Origin: Clostridia bacterium
GTDB lineage: Bacteria > Bacillota > Clostridia > Christensenellales > Aristaeellaceae
Reading direction: 5' to 3'
Assembly (NCBI GenBank): GCA_017429265.1
Contig: JAFRPG010000100.1
Span: forward strand, 14,645-78,644
Length of the DNA stretch: 64,000 nucleotides
Below, one piece after another: positions 44,940-55,614 of the stretch (the stretch's first letter is position 1; the number at the start of each line of letters is the position of its first letter). The notes beneath the pieces are model-generated. The model saw nothing but the letters and a program-made list of their open reading frames with translations. It was not told the origin of the DNA and searched no databases. A program made the position numbers and the translations under genes.

Positions 44940-46514
44940 TTACTCCTGGCCGAGGAATTGCTGCATGGAAATTCTGAACTGAATGTGGAGCTTATATCCA
45001 GTGGTTACCTCCACGCGCTGAATGAGTCTGGTTACAATCATATGCTTGGTACTGATGTCAGCCGCCTCATAACAATCGGCCCATGAGACGAGCTCATCGA
45101 TCTGCGCCTTCGTTTTCTTAGCATTCGATGCTTCTTCCTCCGTGCGAGCTTTGGCGTCAACCATGGCTTGGCGGGCGGTTTCAAGCTTTGCCCGGTGCTT
45201 CAACAGCATGGAATTGACGACATTCAAGTCCAGCGCACTTTCACCGGTCAGCGCTTTGACCGCTTCCTCCTCCAGCGCCGTTACCTGCTTCTGGGCATTT
45301 TCAAAATCTCTCTCGGCCTGTTTATATGCGATCCGATAGGTCTCTTCATTCCTGGCACTCGCCATTTTCACCATCTTCTCACGAGGTACCGACTTTACCT
45401 TGGCAAAGAATTCCCGTACTTGATCCTCAACTGCTTGATTAATGACGTTTGCCTTGTAAGCGGATTGCCCGTCGCATGACTTCCTGGATGAAATTTTCCG
45501 GTAGCAGCGGTAAACCTCATAATCATATGCTGCAATTGATCCATCAGCAAGTGCTCTTTCGTCATGGTGGTGGTTGAAAGCGAGCCGGCAGCCGCAGTGA
45601 GCGCAGTAGAGAATGCCGGAGAGCAGGCTCCTAGAATCCGTACGTAGTGGTGTCTCCAGATCGTTGCCAGCCGTTTTTGTGCATCGGCCCTTTACTGTTT
45701 GCTGACACCTGATGTACATGTCTTCATCAATGATCTTGAGATGTTCAAACGGTTCCGATTTCGCTCCCTGCATATGGTATATTCCGATGTAGATGGGATT
45801 ATCGATGATTGCCCGGATTGAAGTACCCCGCCAAAGCGTTGTTCCCCGCTTCGTCTTGATTCCCTTATCATTCAGGTACTGGGCGACACGGTTTGTACCA
45901 TATCCACGGTTCGTCAGCAGATCAAAGATTTCTCTGACAATTGTTGCTTCCTCTTCGTCAACAACCAGATCTTTGACAGGCTGGTTTTTCTTGTTTGTGC
46001 GCCCATGATACTCCAGTTTGTAGCCAAATGGAAGCTTTCCTCCGCGGTACTGACCCTCTTGCACCATCTGCATATGTTTCGTTTTTACGCGGATGGAGGT
46101 CTTTTCACTTTCTCCGGACGCCTGCCAAAAACGGATGTAGTTCAGCAGTTTGTCCACATGATTGTCAAAACGCTGCTCCCCTTCCCTTGCGCTCCAGACC
46201 TCAATTCCCTGCTGAGCAAACCACTGGACTACAAAGGGCGTTTCATCGTCACGTCTGCCGAGGCGGTCGAACATGAAGACCAGCAGCACATCGAACTGAT
46301 GCGTGATAGCCCTCTTTTTGATCTCGACGATGGCATCCCGAGCATTGGCGCTGACCTTGTAACCAGAAACGCCCTTCTCGGAAATCTCATCTACAATCTC
46401 CCAATCCGGATGTGTCGCTGCATACTCGCGACAGGCCAGTTTTTGCATCGGGATATCATCGTGATCCACCTGGCCAACAGTGGAAACACGGTAAAGGCAA
46501 ATCACCCGTTTCAT
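44940..46514 (-). CDS. large serine recombinase
   Basis: N-terminal resolvase domain (VICLYRVSTVGQ), recombinase domain, zinc ribbon (CAHCGCRL...YRCYRK), coiled coil. ATG 6 nt after GGAGGTG. Confidence 0.9.
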   Translation of the reverse strand: MKRVICLYRVSTVGQVDHDDIPMQKLACREYAATHPDWEIVDEISEKGVSGYKVSANARDAIVEIKKRAITHQFDVLLVFMFDRLGRRDDETPFVVQWFAQQGIEVWSAREGEQRFDNHVDKLLNYIRFWQASGESEKTSIRVKTKHMQMVQEGQYRGGKLPFGYKLEYHGRTNKKNQPVKDLVVDEEEATIVREIFDLLTNRGYGTNRVAQYLNDKGIKTKRGTTLWRGTSIRAIIDNPIYIGIYHMQGAKSEPFEHLKIIDEDMYIRCQQTVKGRCTKTAGNDLETPLRTDSRSLLSGILYCAHCGCRLAFNHHHDERALADGSIAAYDYEVYRCYRKISSRKSCDGQSAYKANVINQAVEDQVREFFAKVKSVPREKMVKMASARNEETYRIAYKQAERDFENAQKQVTALEEEAVKALTGESALDLNVVNSMLLKHRAKLETARQAMVDAKARTEEEASNAKKTKAQIDELVSWADCYEAADISTKHMIVTRLIQRVEVTTGYKLHIQFRISMQQFLGQE

Positions 46515-46519
46515 TCTGA

Positions 46520-46843
46520 TCACCTCCGACTGAAGTTGGCGCTGCTAAGCATTGTCAGTACATCTGCCAAGGCCGTCTCATCTGGTTCGTCTGCAAAAGA
46601 AAGCGTGATTTCGCAGAAAGGCTGACCAGCGAAAAGCCTAGTGTTTACAGACTTTCTACGCTTGATAGCAGTAGTACTATTGGCTCTGTTGCCGGTACTA
46701 ATCAAGTTATCATTCGGAGATGATTCTGTTATGTTTTCTGGTTGTGTGGACACTGTCAGATCTGCGCTCTGTAGCCCGTTCCGTCGGCAGAATGCCTTCA
46801 CCGACCCAAGCGGAACCTTAAGCTCGCTGGCGATCGTGGCATC
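46520..46843 (-). pseudogene. remnant ORF with an HTH-like segment, N-terminally truncated by an in-frame TAA
   Basis: The frame reads *DATIASELKVPLGSVKAFCRRNGLQS... with no plausible start before the HTH. The track start (46801) is a GTG inside the HTH. Confidence 0.35.
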
Positions 46844-46967
46844 TTAGTCACCCGGACATAGATTCATTCTTAAGCGTATCCCGTTCCGTTCTTATCACGA
46901 GGCCTGTATGGTTTGCTCCTGCGATGACCGCTTCCGTCCGCACCATCATCGGACATCTTGATTTTAC

Positions 46968-47054
46968 TACTAACGTTATTAGTTGTCAATATGAAATACT
47001 TGCGTTATTAGTTCATGAGTGTTATCATCACTATGGAGTGTTATCATTACAATG
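46968..47054 (+). promoter_or_regulatory. two sets of direct repeats upstream of the RHH gene
   Basis: TACT[AA/TG]CGTTATTAGTT at 46968-46984 and 46997-47013. Tandem 19-mers GAGTGTTATCATCACTATG / GAGTGTTATCATTACAATG at 47017-47054 abut the RBS. Confidence 0.6.
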
Positions 47055-47065
47055 GAGGTGAGCCA

Positions 47066-47278
47066 ATGCCAAAGAAACAGACAGAATGGTCAAGAGCATA
47101 TAACGAAAAAACCTATGACCGTCTCGCAATAACAATTCCCAAGGGCCGTAAGGCAGATGTGGAGACTTTAGCCTCCAAGGCCGGGGAATCCGTCAACGGT
47201 CTTATAAACAGCCTATTGCGTGATGCAATGGGCAAAACCGAAGAAGAATGGAAGAGTAAACCAGTGCGTGATGAATGA
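47066..47278 (+). CDS. ribbon-helix-helix (CopG/Arc-like) DNA-binding protein
   Basis: YDRLAITIPKGRKADVETLASKAGESVNGLINSLLRDAMG. ATG after GGAGGTG. Confidence 0.7.
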   Translation: MPKKQTEWSRAYNEKTYDRLAITIPKGRKADVETLASKAGESVNGLINSLLRDAMGKTEEEWKSKPVRDE

Positions 47279-47639
47279 ATGGGTACGCCGATATGAACAG
47301 CCTTCCGCATGGTGATGCCATTCAATACCATTCATGACGCCTACGGCAGGCCGGCGGACAGCTGTATAACCGCGCGATGGCGAATGCCTTGCGTTCGATG
47401 CAAACAGTTTCGTGAATGAAGACGCGCGTGATATGCACCACATCATCCGTGATATGAACAAGAATGCAGCCAACCTATGCGCATAAAAAAACGCCCAATG
47501 GGCTGGGTGCAAACGGGTGCAGATTTGGGTGCAATTCTGAAACATGTGTGCACGTCTCAACAAGTCAAAATACGTGATGTGGCTTGAATCGTATGCTTGC
47601 ACACGTCTCTGCATGACCAGGCACGTGACATCCTACAAA

Positions 47640-47660
47640 TTCGAGTCCTGTTGCGACCAC
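47640..47660. repeat. orphan 3' end of tRNA-Val (att repeat)
   Basis: Identical to 44620-44640. Confidence 0.9.
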
Positions 47661-47663
47661 TCC

Positions 47664-47698
47664 GGGAGCCCTTGTAAATCAAGGGCTCCCGTTTTTTT
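47664..47698 (+). terminator. native tRNA-Val terminator
   Basis: GGGAGCCCTT-gtaaatc-AAGGGCTCCC followed by TTTTTTT. Confidence 0.7.
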
Positions 47699-47893
47699 AT
47701 CCCAAAATACGACAACCGTACGACAATTATACGACAACGCCGTTTTCCATGGACTCATAAAACCGCTGCATACGGGCTGAACTTGCCTTCATCAGCTGGA
47801 ATCCCCGTCCTGTTGGATGAACGGGAACGTTCCGGCCTTTGTCGATAGATCCGATCCGCATTCCCTGAAGGCTGCGAATACGACCCTGGACGA

Positions 47894-48706
47894 TCACTGC
47901 GGCTCTTCGCGATACGTCAGGCGCTCCAGGTCCTCACCCGCGGCGGAGAGGGACCGGCGGAGGGCGTACTCACGGGGAGACACGCCCTCCTGCGCGCGGA
48001 ACACCCTCGAGAAATACCGCTCGTCCACGTAGCCGCACAGTTCCGCCACCCGAGCGACGGACAGGTTCATGGCCTGCTTCTGTTCAAGAAGATGCCTGGC
48101 GTAGTCCATGCGCAGATGGGTGAGGAACTCCGTCGGCGTAAGGCCTGTCTCGTCCTTGAACAGCTTTCGGATGTAATTCTCCGTGTATGGTGTGGAGCGC
48201 AGGATCTGCGGCAGATCCAGATTCGGATCCGCAAAGTTTTCGGTGATCCGCTCCTTGATCTGCTCCACCAGCGGCTGCGGAGTCCGCACGGCGGCCCTGA
48301 CGGCGAGCAGCTGCATGAGATCCCGGAAGAGGGCGAGGACGATCCCTTTCTCCTCCGGCTTTTTCCGGTAGTAGAGGTTGAAGACCGCCTTGATCAGGCC
48401 GGTAAGAGTGCCGGCGCTGTCGTCCTGCAGGAGCAGTGGGCGGCTTTCGTCGAAGCGCAAACCTTCCGCGGAGAGGAATTCATCCGTGTAGAAGAAGTAA
48501 TCACGGAAGCCCTCCGCGGAAGTTTTGAAGTGGGTGACGTGCGGCGGGATGCAGGTCACCGTCCCCACGGTAAAAGGCACTTCCCGGCCGCCCATGGTCA
48601 GGGTGCCGCTGCCCTCGGTATTCACGCAGAATTCCCACAGCTCATGGGAGTGGGGAACGCATTCCGTCATCGTCTGTCTGCAGTAACCCAGTGCGCAAAG
48701 TTTCAT
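47894..48706 (-). CDS. AraC-family transcriptional regulator (cupin + HTH)
   Basis: C-terminal AraC HTH (YFSRVFRAQEGVSPREY). Divergent from a sugar-phosphate operon. Confidence 0.85.
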   Translation of the reverse strand: MKLCALGYCRQTMTECVPHSHELWEFCVNTEGSGTLTMGGREVPFTVGTVTCIPPHVTHFKTSAEGFRDYFFYTDEFLSAEGLRFDESRPLLLQDDSAGTLTGLIKAVFNLYYRKKPEEKGIVLALFRDLMQLLAVRAAVRTPQPLVEQIKERITENFADPNLDLPQILRSTPYTENYIRKLFKDETGLTPTEFLTHLRMDYARHLLEQKQAMNLSVARVAELCGYVDERYFSRVFRAQEGVSPREYALRRSLSAAGEDLERLTYREEPQ

Positions 48707-48937
48707 GCAGGCCCCTCCGTTTCCGTTCCTTCTCTGCTGCAATCATACTCCGGCTGTGGAGAATTGTCAAACACAATCGTTATTTTGTCCACCTTTTTGT
48801 TTTTCTGCACCTCCGCTTTTCTTTTTGTCCACCCTTCGGAGAAACAGACACCTTTTTCCGCGGTGTGCTCCCTCCCGGCAGCGATTCTCCTTCCATATAA
48901 TGCAGTTGTACCTGAAGATCAGAGGGAGGATGCGAAG

Positions 48938-49591
48938 ATGAAGAAGCTGCTGTGCCCGTCCATGATGTGCGCGAATTTCGGTGATCTGAGCCGGGAGGTC
49001 CGGGAACTGGAGGATGCGGGAGCGGATATCTTTCACCTGGACGTGATGGACGGCAGCTTTGTGCCCAACTTCGGCATGGGGCTGCAGGACATCGCCTACA
49101 TCTGCAAGAACGCGACGATCCCCTGCGACGTGCATCTGATGATCCGGAACCCGGACCGCTATGTGGAACTCTTCGCCGGTCTGGGAGCCAAGATCATCTA
49201 TATCCACCCCGAGGCGGATGCGCATGCGGCGCAGACCCTCCGGCAGATCCGGAGCCTGGGCTGCAGGGCGGGGATCGCGGTGAATCCCGAGACCTCCTTC
49301 AAGAGCGTACAGGATCTGCTCCCCCTCTGCGACTGTGTCCTGGTGATGAGCGTGAACCCAGGCTTCGCCGGACAGAAGTATCTGGACTTCGTCACCGACA
49401 AATTCCGGGAGTTCGTCTCCCATTCGGAAACCTTCGGCGGCTACGAGGTGCTGATCGACGGGGCCTGCTCCCCGGAGAAGGTCAGGCAGCTCTCCGCCAT
49501 GGGCGTCACCGGCTTTATCCTGGGCACCTCCGCCCTGTTCGGAAAGGACAGGCCCTACAGCGAGATCCTGCCCGAACTGCGGGCGTCCTGA
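48938..49591 (+). CDS. ribulose-phosphate/allulose-6-phosphate 3-epimerase family protein
   Basis: HLDVMDGSFVPNFGMG. ATG after GAGGGAGGA; the track ORF begins about 850 nt too early. Confidence 0.85.
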   Translation: MKKLLCPSMMCANFGDLSREVRELEDAGADIFHLDVMDGSFVPNFGMGLQDIAYICKNATIPCDVHLMIRNPDRYVELFAGLGAKIIYIHPEADAHAAQTLRQIRSLGCRAGIAVNPETSFKSVQDLLPLCDCVLVMSVNPGFAGQKYLDFVTDKFREFVSHSETFGGYEVLIDGACSPEKVRQLSAMGVTGFILGTSALFGKDRPYSEILPELRAS

Positions 49592-49615
49592 CGATATCTG
49601 AAAGGGGTATTGAGT

Positions 49616-52456
<2,841 letters not shown>

Positions 52457-52645
52457 CAATTCCGGCACCGGCACAAGAAGAGGCGGAACAGAAGGGGAAG
52501 CAAAAAAAGCAGATTTCCCTGCAAATATCGCTGTACATCGATCGAAAAGTCTGCTATACTGTCCATGCAAAGGCAAAGGGGCCGAACGGCTGCCTTTGCT
52601 TTTTCGGTTTTGGCAGGGAACAGATCGCGATGAGGGGGTGCGGGC

Positions 52646-55237
52646 ATGGCTGCCTTTGACAGAGTGAAATCCGGGATACCCGGCCTGGATCAGGCCCTGG
52701 ATCAGATCCGCCTGGGAGACAACGTGGTGTGGCGTGTCTCCAATCTGGATGAGTTCCGGTGCTTTGCGGGCCCGTTTGTGGAACAGGCCAAGCGGGACAG
52801 GCGGAACATCATCTACATCCGCTTCGCCGACCATCCGGAGCTGGTGCCCGAATGCCCGGAGGTCAAGCGGGTGTGCATCCCCCTCTCCCACCGGTTTGAG
52901 ACCTTCACCGTGGATATCCACCGGGTGATCGAACGGGAGGGCCGGGACGCGTTCTATGTCTTCGACTGTCTGTCCGAGCTGCAGACCGCATGGGCGACAG
53001 ACCTGATGATGGGCAATTTCTTCCGGGTCACCTGTCCGTTCCTGTTCATCCTGGACACGGTGGCCTTCTTCCCCGTGATCCGTGGAAGGCACTCCTTCAG
53101 CGCGATCAACAAGATCATGAACACCACGCAGCTGTTCCTGGACGTCTATGCGGACCCGGAGCAGGACGTTCTCTACATCCGGCCGCAGAAGGTATGGGAG
53201 CGAACCTCCGAAACCATGTTTCTTCCGCACCTCTGCCGCCCCGCGACGGGAGAGGTCAGTCCCCTCCGGGACGGCATCATGACCAGCCGCTTCTATCAGG
53301 TGATGAACCGGCTCCAGCGCCCGCTGGAGGAGCAGCAGGGGGATTCCTGGGACCACTTCTTCAGCCGCGCGCGGATGCTCCACGAGAACGGGATCCCCGT
53401 GACGGATGAATGCGCGCGCATGTGCAGCATCATGATGACCCGGGACGAGCGGCTGCGCCGGCTGGTCCGGAAGCATTTCCGCCCGGAGGACTATTTCGGG
53501 GTCCGGGACCACATGGTGGGAACGGGCATGGTGGGCGGGAAGACCTGCGGCATGCTGCTGGCCCGGGCCATTCTGCGGAACCTCGCCCCGGAGATCGACC
53601 GGATCCTGGAGCCCCACGATTCCTTCTATGTCGGCTCGGATGTGTTCTACACCTACATCGTGGACAACGGTTTCTGGGACCTTCGCGTCCGCCAGCGCAC
53701 GGAGGAAGGCTACTTTGCACTGGCCGGGGAGCTGGCGGAGCGGCTCAGGAGCGGGTCTTTCTCCCGGGAGATCCGGGAGCGTTTCGCGCACATTCTGGAA
53801 TACTACGGCCATGACCCGTACATCGTCCGCTCCAGCAGCATCCTGGAAGACGGCTTCGACAACGCCTTTGCCGGAAAGTACGAGTCTGTCTTCTGTTCCA
53901 ACTGCGGCACGCCGGAGGAGCGGCTGGAGGAGTTTGAGAACGCGGTCCGGACCGTGTACGCCAGCACCGCCGGGCTGTCGGCACTGGTCTACCGCAGGCA
54001 GCGCGGCCTGGACCGCCGGGACGAGCAGATGGCCCTGCTGATCATGCGGGTCTCCGGCTCCGCCTTCGGATCCTGGTACATGCCCTGCACCGCCGGTGTC
54101 GGGTATTCCTTCAGCCCCTACAAGTTCCTGCCGGATATCGATTCCTCCGCGGGCATGCTGCGCCTGGTGATGGGCCTGGGCACCTCGGCGGTGGACCGGA
54201 CGGAGGGCTCCTATCCGCGGCTGGTCAGTCTGGACAAGCCCGAGGCCACGAACTTCACCACCTCGGCGGAGAAGCACCGCTACTCCCAGCGTCAGGCGGA
54301 GGCCGTGGACCTGAAAGACCGCTGCCTGCGGCGGGTATCTCTGGAAACCCTGGAGCCGCTGCTGCCCCGCGAGGTGAAAAACCTGGTGCTGGAGCACGAC
54401 CGGGAGGCGGAGGCCTCCTTCCGGGACCGGGGGATCAGCCGGGAGATCTGCTTCATCTCCTGTCTGGGCCTGGTCCGCAGCCGCGGGATGATGGAAGCCC
54501 TGCAGCGCATGATGCGCCTGATCCAGGAGGAATACGGCGAGCCGGTGGACATCGAGTTCACCATCAATGTCTCGGCGCACGGTGAATTCATGATCAATCT
54601 GCTTCAGTGCAGGCCGCTGCAGGTCTTCCACGACACCGGAAGCATCTGTGTTCCGGCGGATGTTCCGGCTGAGGAGATCCTGCTGGAGACCCGCGGTGCA
54701 TCCATGGGCCTGTCCCGGGTGATCGATCCGGACTTCATCGTCTGGGTGGATCCGGTGGCTTACTATCACCTGCCCTACGCGGAGAAGGGGGAGATCGCGT
54801 CCCTGATCGGACAGATCAACTGGGCATACCGGGATCAGGGCAAGCATCTGATCCTGATGGCGCCGGGCCGACTCGGGACTTCTTCGCCGGAGCTGGGCGT
54901 GCCGACCGAGTTCTCCGACATCAGCGGCTTCGACGCGGTCTGCGAGGTCGCGGAGAGCCAGGCCGGCTACAACCCGGAACTGTCCTACGGCAGCCACATG
55001 TTCCAGGACCTGGTGGAAGCGCAGATCCTTTACATGGCCGTCTTCTCAAACGAAAAGACGCTGCGTTACAGGCCCGAGCTGATCCGGGCTCTGACCAACC
55101 GGATCGCGTCCGTTCCCGGCGGCGGGAAGTATCGGGAGGTGGTCCGCCTCGTCGATGTGAGCGGCCGCTGCCGTCTGTACTTCGATCTGACCGACGGGCA
55201 TGCGCTGATCCGTCTTGCGGCAGACGGGATTGCATGA
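52646..55237 (+). CDS. PEP/pyruvate-binding (PPDK_N-like) domain protein with a degenerate KaiC/RecA-like N-terminus
   Basis: N-terminal GIPGLDQALD..IRLGDNVVW lacks a P-loop. Central VRSSSILEDGFDNAFAGKYESV matches the PPDK_N ATP-grasp signature. Confidence 0.7.
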   Translation: MAAFDRVKSGIPGLDQALDQIRLGDNVVWRVSNLDEFRCFAGPFVEQAKRDRRNIIYIRFADHPELVPECPEVKRVCIPLSHRFETFTVDIHRVIEREGRDAFYVFDCLSELQTAWATDLMMGNFFRVTCPFLFILDTVAFFPVIRGRHSFSAINKIMNTTQLFLDVYADPEQDVLYIRPQKVWERTSETMFLPHLCRPATGEVSPLRDGIMTSRFYQVMNRLQRPLEEQQGDSWDHFFSRARMLHENGIPVTDECARMCSIMMTRDERLRRLVRKHFRPEDYFGVRDHMVGTGMVGGKTCGMLLARAILRNLAPEIDRILEPHDSFYVGSDVFYTYIVDNGFWDLRVRQRTEEGYFALAGELAERLRSGSFSREIRERFAHILEYYGHDPYIVRSSSILEDGFDNAFAGKYESVFCSNCGTPEERLEEFENAVRTVYASTAGLSALVYRRQRGLDRRDEQMALLIMRVSGSAFGSWYMPCTAGVGYSFSPYKFLPDIDSSAGMLRLVMGLGTSAVDRTEGSYPRLVSLDKPEATNFTTSAEKHRYSQRQAEAVDLKDRCLRRVSLETLEPLLPREVKNLVLEHDREAEASFRDRGISREICFISCLGLVRSRGMMEALQRMMRLIQEEYGEPVDIEFTINVSAHGEFMINLLQCRPLQVFHDTGSICVPADVPAEEILLETRGASMGLSRVIDPDFIVWVDPVAYYHLPYAEKGEIASLIGQINWAYRDQGKHLILMAPGRLGTSSPELGVPTEFSDISGFDAVCEVAESQAGYNPELSYGSHMFQDLVEAQILYMAVFSNEKTLRYRPELIRALTNRIASVPGGGKYREVVRLVDVSGRCRLYFDLTDGHALIRLAADGIA

Positions 55238-55467
55238 CGCGGAGCGAATGCCAGATTGAAAATGTAGCACAAGGCATCAGCACTTCACACAGGCCTCGCG
55301 CACCGGTTTCGCACCGTAGCTTACGACAATTGAAATTGAACTGTGTTTTACATGGTTGATCACAATTGGTAATAATTGCATATTCTGGTAGTATTATACC
55401 AGTTTATGCATGATTTTGCCGGATTGGTTCAACATCATGTCTTCGAGCCCTTTTGCAACCACTTTAA

Positions 55468-55504
55468 GGGGCTGCTGCAGAACCACGAATTCTGCAGCAG
55501 CCCC
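55468..55504. terminator. 13-bp perfect hairpin between convergent genes
   Basis: GGGGCTGCTGCAG-11 nt-CTGCAGCAGCCCC. T-rich on the plus side only weakly. Confidence 0.5.
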
Positions 55505-55614
55505 TTGTCTTGCAATGGGAATAAACCCGGCAACTCCGTTTGCCATGCCGTCCCGCGTCCTGTACGGAAGCGGAGGCATTGAGCCGGACTATATCGTGCT
55601 TGATTTGCAGGGCA

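Larger units (their letters stand above)
44620..47660. mobile_element. decayed integrative element in the 3' end of tRNA-Val carrying a large serine recombinase (~3 kb)
   Basis: 21-bp direct repeat TTCGAGTCCTGTTGCGACCAC at 44620-44640 and 47640-47660, each followed by its own terminator. The interior looks AT-richer. Confidence 0.7.

Noticed and set aside
47213-47614. 133-aa minus-strand ORF at the right end of the tRNA-Val element.
   Set aside because: It overlaps the RHH gene antisense and runs through repeat/hairpin DNA with no RBS or motif. The plus strand shows only fragmentary frames (for example ...FVNEDARDMHHIIRDMNKNAANLCA*) that look like gene debris.
55376-55582. Small ORFs (61-120 aa, both strands) between the PEP-binding-domain gene and the LRR gene.
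   Set aside because: They overlap a 13-bp perfect terminator hairpin, have no RBS and are mutually overlapping. Treated as intergenic.
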